The notes under the pieces: model-generated
What the model was told of the DNA's origin: nothing
What the model saw: the letters and a program-made list of their open reading frames with translations, nothing else
The model's database searches: none
Source: an uncultured Alphaproteobacteria bacterium
Lineage (GTDB): Bacteria; Pseudomonadota; Alphaproteobacteria; HIMB59; GCA-002718135
NCBI GenBank assembly: GCA_902530685.1
Contig: CACAAZ010000002.1
Coordinates: 2,103 to 66,102, forward strand
Length of the DNA stretch: 64,000 nucleotides
Direction: 5' to 3'
In this document: in pieces, positions 17,650 to 26,206 of the stretch
Position numbering within the stretch: position 1 is the stretch's first letter
Layout of the letters: every line of letters starts with the position of its first letter
Position numbers and translations under genes: made by a program

Positions 17650-17801
17650 ACTTTTTCCTCCTAAATAAATTAAGTAATAAATAATTTTTAAACGATAATT
17701 CAATAAATACAAAAAATATATTATGAATTTATTAAATTTTTAAATATAGTTTTATAATTGTTACTAAAAATTACTAAATTTAAGGCTTTTTTAATTTCTG
17801 A

Positions 17802-19328
17802 ATGAGAAAATCTGTCCTTTTTATATGTGCTGATCAATGGCGTTTCGACTGCTTTAGCTTCCTAAATCATCCATATGTACTTACACCTAACCTAGACAAA
17901 CTTGCTAAAAAAAGTGTTGTTTTTAAATCACATTTTGCCGGAATTGTTCCTTGTGGACCATCTAGGACTACAATGCTTACAGGCCTATATCCATTTATAC
18001 ATCGTTCAGTATATAATGGTGCGCCTCTTGATAAAAGATTTACAAATATCGCTAAAGAAGTTCGTAAACTAAATTATAATCCAAATCTTTACGGGTATAC
18101 AGATACATCTTGGGATCCAAGATACTTAGATCCAAAAGATAAAAAAAATTTTACTTATGAATCACCAATGGAGGGATTTGATGATGGTTGTGTTTTACCA
18201 GGAGGAAAACCTGAACTCTGGGCTAACCATCTCAATCAAAATGGTTTTAAAATTAATAAAGCAGAAGATTTATACAAAGGAAGAAAGCCTAAAGATGATC
18301 AAGCATATATTTATGAACCATATTATATTCCAACCGAATTTTCCGATACTGCATTTTTAGCAGACAAAGTCGTTAATGATTTAAAAAAAGTTAAAGGTTC
18401 ATTTTTTATGCATGTATCTTTTTTAAAACCACACCCACCCTTTCATGTAGCTGATCCATGGTTTAGTAAATTTAATCCAGATAGTATTAACTTATCTAAA
18501 AATGATATTTCACTGAAAGAATTATCAAAAAAACATCCACTACTTGAAGAGTTATGTAAAAAATTTTTACTAAAAGAAAATTTCTCTGAAATTAATTATA
18601 ATCTTTTAAAAGATCAAGATATCAAAAATATTATGAGTGTCTATTTTGCTATGTGTGCAGAAGTTGATTTTAATATTGGTAAAATTTTGAATGCTCTTAA
18701 AGAATCAGGGCAAGAAGAAAATACAATGATAATTTTTACTAGTGATCATGGAGAGATGTTAAATGAAAATAATTTATGGGGGAAATTAGGTTGGTGGGAC
18801 TCTTCTTATAGAATTCCATTATTTATTTATCTGCCTCAAAACAATCCAAAAGAAATTAACCATTTAACAGAATCTGTAGATGTTGCTCCTACAATTTTAG
18901 AATGGCTTGGTGGTGAAATCCCCATTGATTGGAATGGTCAATCACTGATGCACAATATCAATCATAAATACAAAAAATCACCTAATAAAGAATATGTTGT
19001 TTTTGATTATGATTTTAGAGAAAGTACTTCATTTGTTAAAGATAAAAAATTAGCACCCGAACAATGTAATCTATCGGTCATTAGAAATAATAAATGGAAA
19101 TATGTTCATTTTCCTTCATTGCCATGTTTATTATTTGATTTAGAAAAAGATCCTGAGGAAATAAATGATCTATCAGTCTTAAGACAATTTCAAGATATAA
19201 AACATGAACTAGTATCAAAATTGTTAAGTCACCGCATGATTCATCAGGAGCGACAATTATCAAACACTAAACTTTCCAGCTCAGGTGTTAATACAAATTC
19301 TGGGCCCTTTAGCAGAAAAATGGAATAA
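17802..19328 (+). CDS. Cys-type sulfatase, no signal peptide (cytoplasmic)
   Basis: LFICADQW metal site, formylglycine motif CGPSRTTMLTGLYP, TSDHGEMLNENNLWGK. Confidence 0.85.
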   Translation: MRKSVLFICADQWRFDCFSFLNHPYVLTPNLDKLAKKSVVFKSHFAGIVPCGPSRTTMLTGLYPFIHRSVYNGAPLDKRFTNIAKEVRKLNYNPNLYGYTDTSWDPRYLDPKDKKNFTYESPMEGFDDGCVLPGGKPELWANHLNQNGFKINKAEDLYKGRKPKDDQAYIYEPYYIPTEFSDTAFLADKVVNDLKKVKGSFFMHVSFLKPHPPFHVADPWFSKFNPDSINLSKNDISLKELSKKHPLLEELCKKFLLKENFSEINYNLLKDQDIKNIMSVYFAMCAEVDFNIGKILNALKESGQEENTMIIFTSDHGEMLNENNLWGKLGWWDSSYRIPLFIYLPQNNPKEINHLTESVDVAPTILEWLGGEIPIDWNGQSLMHNINHKYKKSPNKEYVVFDYDFRESTSFVKDKKLAPEQCNLSVIRNNKWKYVHFPSLPCLLFDLEKDPEEINDLSVLRQFQDIKHELVSKLLSHRMIHQERQLSNTKLSSSGVNTNSGPFSRKME

Positions 19329-19335
19329 TAAAGAT

Positions 19336-20385
19336 ATGTTAACGACTGTTATAGGCGCCTATCCAAAACCAAGCTACTTAAAAATAACTGATTGGTTTAA
19401 TGCTTCTGGTGGTACAGACACAGAATATCCAACTAAATTTTACGAAGATGAAATAAAAAAAATGGGCGATAATGTTGAAGAGTTATTTAATAGAGCTACC
19501 AAAGAAATAATTAGCGATCAGGAAGAATGCGGTATTGACATTCTAACCGATGGTGAAGTTAGAAGAGAAAATTATATTCACTATCATTGTAGATATTTAG
19601 AAGGAATTGATTTTGCAAATCTCACAGAAAAAATTGCCAGGACAGGGAATTATAAATGCTGGTTACCAACAATAACTTCAAAAGTTAAAGCAAAAGAATC
19701 TTTTTTAGTTGAAGAGTGGAAAAAAAATCAGAGTTTAACCAATAAAGATTTAAAAATTACTATTCCTGGACCAATGACTATAACAGATACCATAGCAAAT
19801 ACATTTTATGATTCAGATGAACATATGGGTGAAGACTTAGCTGATGCTATTAATGTAGAAATTAAAAGATTGGTTGATGCAGGATGTAAATATATTCAAG
19901 TCGATGAACCGTTGTTTGCTAGAAAACCAAAAAATGCTCTTAATTTTGGAATCAGAAACCTAGAAAGATGTTTTAAGGATATTAATAATCAAAGTATTGA
20001 AAAAATTACTCATATTTGTTGCGGCTATCCTGATAAATTAGATGCAGTAGATTATCCAAAAGCGCCTTTAGATTCTTACAGTAAAATTAGTAAAGCTTTA
20101 GATGAATCAATTATAGATACAGTTTCTATTGAAGATGCTCATCGATATAATGATTTAAATTTTTTAAAAGATTTTAAACAAACAAAAGTTATTTTTGGTT
20201 TAGTAAAAATAGCAAGCTCTCAAGTTGAGACTAAAGAAGAAATTGTCTCAAGAATAAATGATGCATTAAGGTTTATTCATAAGGAACAATTAATTGTCGC
20301 TCCTGATTGTGGCCTTGGTCACTTACCTCGAGATTTGGCAAAAATAAAATTAAAGATAATGGTAGAAGCTTCTAATAGTTTTTAG
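19336..20385 (+). CDS. cobalamin-independent methionine synthase catalytic-domain-only (core-MetE-like) protein
   Basis: MLTTVIGAYPKP start; Zn-ligand positions HICCG, IEDAH and PDCGLG. Start moved from 19285 to the ATG at 19336, just after the sulfatase stop. Confidence 0.75.
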   Translation: MLTTVIGAYPKPSYLKITDWFNASGGTDTEYPTKFYEDEIKKMGDNVEELFNRATKEIISDQEECGIDILTDGEVRRENYIHYHCRYLEGIDFANLTEKIARTGNYKCWLPTITSKVKAKESFLVEEWKKNQSLTNKDLKITIPGPMTITDTIANTFYDSDEHMGEDLADAINVEIKRLVDAGCKYIQVDEPLFARKPKNALNFGIRNLERCFKDINNQSIEKITHICCGYPDKLDAVDYPKAPLDSYSKISKALDESIIDTVSIEDAHRYNDLNFLKDFKQTKVIFGLVKIASSQVETKEEIVSRINDALRFIHKEQLIVAPDCGLGHLPRDLAKIKLKIMVEASNSF

Positions 20386-21497
20386 TGTACTAAAGTTTCT
20401 GGATTAGCATAATCATAATTTAAATCATCAGCAATAGCTTTATATGTAACGGCACCTTTAAAAATATTTAAACCATTCATAAAATTTTTATCATTTTTTA
20501 AAGCATCTTTAAAACCGTTAGAAGCTATGTTTTGAATAAATGGCAAAGTGACTGCATTTAAAGCAAGAGTGGAAGTTCTAGGAACTCCCCCTGGCATATT
20601 TGCAACACAATAATGAACAACATCATCAACAACATATGTAGGGTTTGCATGAGTTGTTGGTTTACTAGTTTCAACACAACCACCTTGATCAATTGCAACA
20701 TCAACAATTACAGATCCACTTTTCATCTCTTTTATCATGTCCTTAGTTATAATCTTTGGAGCATTAGAGCCTGGAACAAGTACGCCACCAATTAGTAAAT
20801 CACATTCGGAAATATAATCATTTAGATTTATCTTATCGCTGTGTAGTGGTTCTATTTTATCACCAAATTTTTCTTGTAATTCTTCTAATCTTTTTTCTGA
20901 TTTATCAACGATGAAAACTTTTGCTTGCATTCCGGTAGCAATTATTGCTGCATTTTCACCTACAACACCTCCACCTAAAATTAAGACATTTCCAGGTTGA
21001 ACCCCAGGCGCACCCCCTAAGAGTAAACCACTTCCACCCTTATGTTTTTCAAGTGAATACGCACCAGCTTGAATGGACATTCTACCGGCTACAGCACTCA
21101 TAGGTGCAAGAAGTGGTAATTTATTATTATGATCACTTACTGTTTCATAAGCAATACAAATTGAATTTGAATCAATTAAACCCTTTGTCAATTCTGGAGC
21201 TGCCGAAAGATGTAAGTAAGTAAACAAAATTTGGTTTTCTCTTATCATTGCTACTTCATTCATTAGAGGTTCTTTTACTTTTACAATCATTTCAGAATCA
21301 TTAAAAATATCCTCAGCTGAATTTACAATTTTTGCACCAGATAATTCATAATCACTATTGGAAAATCCAGCACCAATACCGGCATCTTTTTGAATTAGTA
21401 CTGTATGTTTATTCTTTACTAATTCTTTAACACTTTGCGGAGTAAGTCCAACCCTAGACTCCTGAGCTTTAATCTCAGAGGGAACACCTATTTTCAT
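20382..21497 (-). CDS. ald: alanine dehydrogenase
   Basis: MKIGVPSEIKAQESRVGLTP N-terminus, NAD fold ILGGGVVGENAA, typical 371 aa. Confidence 0.9.
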   Translation of the reverse strand: MKIGVPSEIKAQESRVGLTPQSVKELVKNKHTVLIQKDAGIGAGFSNSDYELSGAKIVNSAEDIFNDSEMIVKVKEPLMNEVAMIRENQILFTYLHLSAAPELTKGLIDSNSICIAYETVSDHNNKLPLLAPMSAVAGRMSIQAGAYSLEKHKGGSGLLLGGAPGVQPGNVLILGGGVVGENAAIIATGMQAKVFIVDKSEKRLEELQEKFGDKIEPLHSDKINLNDYISECDLLIGGVLVPGSNAPKIITKDMIKEMKSGSVIVDVAIDQGGCVETSKPTTHANPTYVVDDVVHYCVANMPGGVPRTSTLALNAVTLPFIQNIASNGFKDALKNDKNFMNGLNIFKGAVTYKAIADDLNYDYANPETLVH

Positions 21498-22837
21498 TAT
21501 CTGTCATGCATATAGTTTGAGATACCTGTTCTTAATTTTTCAATTATCTCATCAATATGTTTTTTTTCACAAGTAAATGGAGGTGCAACAATTAAACAAT
21601 CACCTGTTGCTTTCAAGCTTAAGCCTGCTTCAAATAATTTTTTAAAACAAGCATATCCAGCTTTGCCTAAACGCTCATCCATTTTAATATCAATTCCTCC
21701 CATCATTCCATATCCTCTTATATCAGTAATGATATCTAAGTCTTTCAAAGTAAATAAACCATCTAAGAAATATGGAGACATATCTTTTGCTCTATTAAAT
21801 AAATCTTCTTTCTCGATTATATCTTGCATTGCTAATCCTGCTGCCATTGAAACAGGTATAGCAGAATAAGTATAACCATGAAAAAATTCTATAGCTCCTG
21901 TAGGTGAAGCATCAACAATAGTGTCATAGATATGATCACGTGAAGCTACTGCTCCTAAAGGTACGACACCATTAGTGATTGCTTTAGCCATTGTCATAAT
22001 GTCAGGACATACATCAAAAGCTTGGGCTGCAAATGGAGCGCCCATTCTTCCCCAGCCAGTAATAACTTCATCAAAAATTAAAAGAATTCCGTGTTTGTCA
22101 CAAATTTCTCTTAGTCTTTTTAAATATCCTTTTGGCGGAACTAAAGTCCCTGTTGATCCTGCAACTGGCTCAACAATACATGCAGCAATATTTTCTGCAC
22201 CAATGTTACCAGCAATTCTTTCAAGATCATCTGCTAGATCAGCACCTGTTTCAGGTTCGCCTTTTACAAATAAATTTTCAGGTAAATGAGTATGTCGTAG
22301 ATGATGTACATTTGGCATGAGAATGTTTGAGAAAGTTTTTCTATTAGCAATCATTCCACCAACAGAAATTCCTCCAATATTCATTCCATGATAACCTCTT
22401 TCTCTTCCTACTATGTGAGATCTATGACCTTCTCCTTTTGCTTTAAAATATGCTATGGCTGTTTTAATTGCTGTTTCAACAGCTGATGAACCACAAATAG
22501 TAAAGAATATTTTATTTAAATCTTCAGGTGTATGTTTTGAAACTTTTCTAGCTAAATCAAATGAACCACCAAAACCTTGTTGGAATGGTTGAACATAATC
22601 TAATTGTTCTAATTGTTTTGAAACTGCTTCTCTTATTTCTGGTCTTGAATGACCCGCTGGACTACAAAATAATCCTGAACTAGCATCAATTAATTTATTT
22701 CCATAATGATCAGTATAATAAACACCTTCTGCCTTAACCATTAATCTTGGACTATTTTTATAGTCTCTATTAGATGTGAATGGCATCCAATGTTCTTCTA
22801 ATGAATTAGGTATTTCAGTTCTTTTTTCTAAGTCCAT
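21497..22837 (-). CDS. class-III omega-amino acid:pyruvate aminotransferase (beta-alanine/taurine-type)
   Basis: HWMPFTSNRDYKNSPRLMVKAEGVYYTD...SSGLFCSPAGH; PLP-Lys region IMTMAKAITNG; 1-nt overlap with ald. Confidence 0.8.
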   Translation of the reverse strand: MDLEKRTEIPNSLEEHWMPFTSNRDYKNSPRLMVKAEGVYYTDHYGNKLIDASSGLFCSPAGHSRPEIREAVSKQLEQLDYVQPFQQGFGGSFDLARKVSKHTPEDLNKIFFTICGSSAVETAIKTAIAYFKAKGEGHRSHIVGRERGYHGMNIGGISVGGMIANRKTFSNILMPNVHHLRHTHLPENLFVKGEPETGADLADDLERIAGNIGAENIAACIVEPVAGSTGTLVPPKGYLKRLREICDKHGILLIFDEVITGWGRMGAPFAAQAFDVCPDIMTMAKAITNGVVPLGAVASRDHIYDTIVDASPTGAIEFFHGYTYSAIPVSMAAGLAMQDIIEKEDLFNRAKDMSPYFLDGLFTLKDLDIITDIRGYGMMGGIDIKMDERLGKAGYACFKKLFEAGLSLKATGDCLIVAPPFTCEKKHIDEIIEKLRTGISNYMHDR

Positions 22838-22887
22838 TTTTTTCCTTAATAGAGATTGAGTATATGAAATTATCGATAAATCAAAGA

Positions 22888-22913
22888 ATATTTCTTACAC
22901 AATAAAGAAATAT
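22888..22913. promoter_or_regulatory. inverted repeat ATATTTCTT-N8-AAGAAATAT in the aminotransferase/pta divergent promoter
   Basis: Perfect 9-bp arms read directly at 22888..22896 and 22905..22913. Confidence 0.3.
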
Positions 22914-22955
22914 CATAGGAAAAATTGTAGCAGTGGTATAGAGAGAATACCAAAT

Positions 22956-23858
22956 ATGAGCACATTACCAGAAGATCTTAAAAGTAAAGCTTTAGAGACA
23001 CCTAATATACCCGCAGCTGTTGTGTGCCCCAATCAAGAAAGCATATTATCAGCTGTAATTGAAGGTAAAAATATGAACCTCATCGATCCAACTTTAATTG
23101 GAAACAAAAGTTTAATTGCTGAAACAGCGAAAAAATTAAGTTCGGATATTTCAAATTTTAATATTGTAGATGCTAGAGATGAAGAGGATAGTGCTTTAAT
23201 TGCTTGTCAAATGTCTAATGAAAATAAAAGTAAAATCATAATTAAAGGGAATCTTCATACTGATATTTTAATGCGCTCTTATTTAAAAAAAGAATTTAAT
23301 TTACTTGATGGTAGACGATTAAGTCATATTTGGCATATGACTACACCGCAGTTTAAAAAACCCCTTTTTATCACTGATGGCGCCCTGAATGTTTTACCAA
23401 GAGTTGATATTAAATTACAGATTCTCAAAAATGCTGTTCAGTTTTGTAATAAATTAAACATTAACAAACCAAAAGTTGCAATTTTATCAGGTACAGAAGA
23501 TCCAATAGAAAGCATGCCAAGTTCAGTTGATGCCAAAAAAGTTATGGAACTTGCATTAGAAGAAAAAATTAATGCTTTTGTTCATGGGCCACTTGCTTTT
23601 GATAATGCTGTGTCTGAGGACGCAGCTAAAATAAAAGGTATCAAAAATGATGTTGCTGGTGATACTGATGTATTATTAGTACCTAATTTAGAAACTGGAA
23701 ATTCTTTATCTAAAATAATGGTTTATTTTATGAATGCTTGTGCTGCAGGAATAGTAATTGGTGGTAAAGTACCAGTTGTAGTCCCTAGTAGAGCTGATAG
23801 TAAAAATTCTAAACTTGCATCAATTATGGCAGCTATCGTTGCTGCAAATAACAAATAA
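22956..23858 (+). CDS. pta: phosphate acetyl/butyryl-transferase (short Pta form)
   Basis: 300 aa; family blocks IIKGNLHTD, FITDGALNV and VPNLETGNSLSKI. Confidence 0.75.
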   Translation: MSTLPEDLKSKALETPNIPAAVVCPNQESILSAVIEGKNMNLIDPTLIGNKSLIAETAKKLSSDISNFNIVDARDEEDSALIACQMSNENKSKIIIKGNLHTDILMRSYLKKEFNLLDGRRLSHIWHMTTPQFKKPLFITDGALNVLPRVDIKLQILKNAVQFCNKLNINKPKVAILSGTEDPIESMPSSVDAKKVMELALEEKINAFVHGPLAFDNAVSEDAAKIKGIKNDVAGDTDVLLVPNLETGNSLSKIMVYFMNACAAGIVIGGKVPVVVPSRADSKNSKLASIMAAIVAANNK

Positions 23859-23882
23859 ATAAATAAATAAATTTAAACTCGA

Positions 23883-24740
23883 ATGCTATTGAGACATTAC
23901 TTTTTAATTTTAATAATCACTTTTTTATTTGGAAGTGCCTACCCAGTTCAAAAAGTTATTTTTAATGAAAATGTACCTCCATTATTAATGGGAAGCTTAA
24001 GAATGTTAGTAGTTTTTGTATGCCTTTTACCCTTTTGGAAATTTAGAATACCTGAAAAAAAATACTGGCTACCACTTCTCTTTTTTTCAATCTCTATGGG
24101 TTTTTTAGCAAATGTCTTTATGACATTATCTTTAAACGAAGCAAATATAGTTTCTCCAATCATTATTGGTTCTCAACTAGCTGTACCATTTGCAATATTA
24201 TTAAGCTCATTTTTTTTAAAAGAGAAAGTAAGTATTAAAAAATGGGTGTTTATATTTATTTCTTTTTTTGGCATAATTTTATTAGGTTTTGATCCATTAA
24301 TAAGAAATGAAATTTTTGCTTTAATCTTAATTACGTTAATGGCATTCTTCTATGCTAGTGCACAAGTATTTTCTAGATACTTGAAAGATTTAGAAGTCAC
24401 ACTTACAAATGCAGTAATGGGATTAGTAGGATTTATATTACTAATTATTTCATCATCAATTTATGAAGGACAAACAATAAACGAAATTAGAAATATTAGT
24501 TTACAGTCATGGTTATTAATATTGCATTCAGGCATCTTTGTTTCAATTGCTGCACACATGTCGATGTTCTATTTATATAGGATGTATCCTGTTAATAGAG
24601 TATTTCCATTTTACGCTTTATTTCCTGTATTTGGTGTGTTGTTAACATTTATAATTTTTTATGAAATACCAACTTTAATTACTTTAATTGGTGGTATAAT
24701 TGTGATCTTAGCAACTTATTTTATTAATAAAGAAAATTAA
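23883..24740 (+). CDS. DMT-superfamily (EamA-like) permease
   Basis: ~10 TM helices; 24 nt downstream of pta. Confidence 0.7.
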   Translation: MLLRHYFLILIITFLFGSAYPVQKVIFNENVPPLLMGSLRMLVVFVCLLPFWKFRIPEKKYWLPLLFFSISMGFLANVFMTLSLNEANIVSPIIIGSQLAVPFAILLSSFFLKEKVSIKKWVFIFISFFGIILLGFDPLIRNEIFALILITLMAFFYASAQVFSRYLKDLEVTLTNAVMGLVGFILLIISSSIYEGQTINEIRNISLQSWLLILHSGIFVSIAAHMSMFYLYRMYPVNRVFPFYALFPVFGVLLTFIIFYEIPTLITLIGGIIVILATYFINKEN

Positions 24741-24747
24741 TTTTAAA

Positions 24748-25515
24748 CTACTTGGCTGTCCATCCTCCATCAATAACTAGTGAAGAACCAGTCATCATTG
24801 ATGCAGCATCTGAAGCAAGATACACCACAGCAGTAGCAATATCACTTTCTGTTGCTACTTTTTCTAAAGGTATATTTTCAATTACAGATTTTTTAAAACT
24901 TTTATCTTTAAAAAATTTTTTGACCATTGGGGTTTCTACAAATGTAGGACAAACGGAATTAACTCTAATGTTGTGCTTAGCCAAATCAATAGCCATACCT
25001 TTGGTAAGACCTTCAACACCAAACTTGGTCATATTATAAACACTTCTAAGAGGAGCTCCTACTTTACCTAACTGAGAAGAGATATTTATTATTGATCCAC
25101 CAATGTTTTTTCTATTTTTTGATTTAAGCATAACTTTTGTAGCTAATTGAGCAATATCGAATGATGCTTTAATATTAAGATCAACCACTTCACTCATATC
25201 TTTTCTTTTGATTTTGGTAAAATATTCAGGTCTATTTGTACCAGCATTATTTACTAATATGTCTAATTTTTTGATTTCAGAAAATATTTTTTTTATTTCT
25301 TTTAAATTAGTTATATCACACACATAATAACTACATTTCTTTTTGAGTTTTTTAATTTTGTTTTGAACAATTAAAAGATCTTTCTCTGTACGACTAAGAA
25401 TTATTACATTTGCACCTGCTTCTGCTAACGCTATAGCACATGCTTTACCTATGCCTTTGCCTGACCCTGTCACAAGAGCAGTTTTGTTGTTTACAGTAAA
25501 ATTTTTTAGAAACAT
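24748..25515 (-). CDS. short-chain dehydrogenase/reductase (SDR)
   Basis: TGSGKGIGKACAIALAEAG cofactor motif, NNAG, catalytic YNMTK. Confidence 0.85.
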   Translation of the reverse strand: MFLKNFTVNNKTALVTGSGKGIGKACAIALAEAGANVIILSRTEKDLLIVQNKIKKLKKKCSYYVCDITNLKEIKKIFSEIKKLDILVNNAGTNRPEYFTKIKRKDMSEVVDLNIKASFDIAQLATKVMLKSKNRKNIGGSIINISSQLGKVGAPLRSVYNMTKFGVEGLTKGMAIDLAKHNIRVNSVCPTFVETPMVKKFFKDKSFKKSVIENIPLEKVATESDIATAVVYLASDAASMMTGSSLVIDGGWTAK

Positions 25516-25528
25516 TTAATCTGATTAT

Positions 25529-26188
25529 TTACAATGAAAAAATAGATTGATCTAATAAATTCATTTTTTTAATACACATTTGAAAACCATCTTCTAGGTG
25601 GTAATCACCTGGAAACCCAATGCATTTAATTCCAGCGTTTACGGCAGAATTACTACTTTCTTCAGTATCCTCTATTGCAAGACAATCTTCTGGCTGTAAA
25701 TTTAATTTGTCTAATGTGACTTTGTATATTTCTGGATGTGGTTTTTCATTTTTAACAAATGATTTATTACCAATAAAGTCAAATTCTTCTTTTGAAATTT
25801 GACCGGAAAGACTTTCAAATACTGCATCGACATTATTTAAAGTTGTAGAAGTTGAGAAAGCAAGTTTAATATTATTATCTTTTGTATACTTAATTATTTC
25901 ACCAACGCTCTTCCTTAATTTTTGTTTATTCCGAATAATGTACGAGCTAAAGATTTCTGTTTTTCTATTCCTAATTTGTAAAGCATTTACATTAGTGTTA
26001 TTTTTTTCAGCAAAATCTTCCACTCTTTTTGTCCCACCAGATTTTTTTAACAAAATTTTATAGTCTTGCTCGTCCCAATACCAATCAAGGCCAGCTTCTT
26101 TAAAAGCTTCATTAAATGAGTTACGTTGAATGTTAGAAGATTCAATTAGTGTCCCGATAGACCCAAATAGAAGTGCTTTATATTTCAT
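25529..26188 (-). CDS. HAD-superfamily-like protein with degenerate motif I
   Basis: HAD motifs III/IV present (EKPHPEIY; IEDTEESSNSAVNAG), but motif I reads LLFGSIGTL instead of hhhDxDGTL. Confidence 0.6.
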   Translation of the reverse strand: MKYKALLFGSIGTLIESSNIQRNSFNEAFKEAGLDWYWDEQDYKILLKKSGGTKRVEDFAEKNNTNVNALQIRNRKTEIFSSYIIRNKQKLRKSVGEIIKYTKDNNIKLAFSTSTTLNNVDAVFESLSGQISKEEFDFIGNKSFVKNEKPHPEIYKVTLDKLNLQPEDCLAIEDTEESSNSAVNAGIKCIGFPGDYHLEDGFQMCIKKMNLLDQSIFSL

Positions 26189-26206
26189 AAGATTAGAAAT
26201 TTATTA

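Noticed and set aside
17650-17712. 21-codon N-terminal extension of the family-5 binding protein (MYLLNYRLKIIYYLIYLGGKS)
   Set aside because: The internal ATG at 17647..17649 is preceded by GGAGGA and starts a canonical signal peptide. The extension would bury that signal peptide.
17761-17778. Direct repeat TTACTAAA-aa-TTACTAAA upstream of the sulfatase gene; also sigma-70-like hexamers such as TTGAAT-N17-TATAAA at 5009..5037 upstream of the GcrA-like gene
   Set aside because: Short AT-only repeats and promoter-like hexamers are expected by chance at high frequency in ~30% GC spacers. They are not distinctive enough to call.
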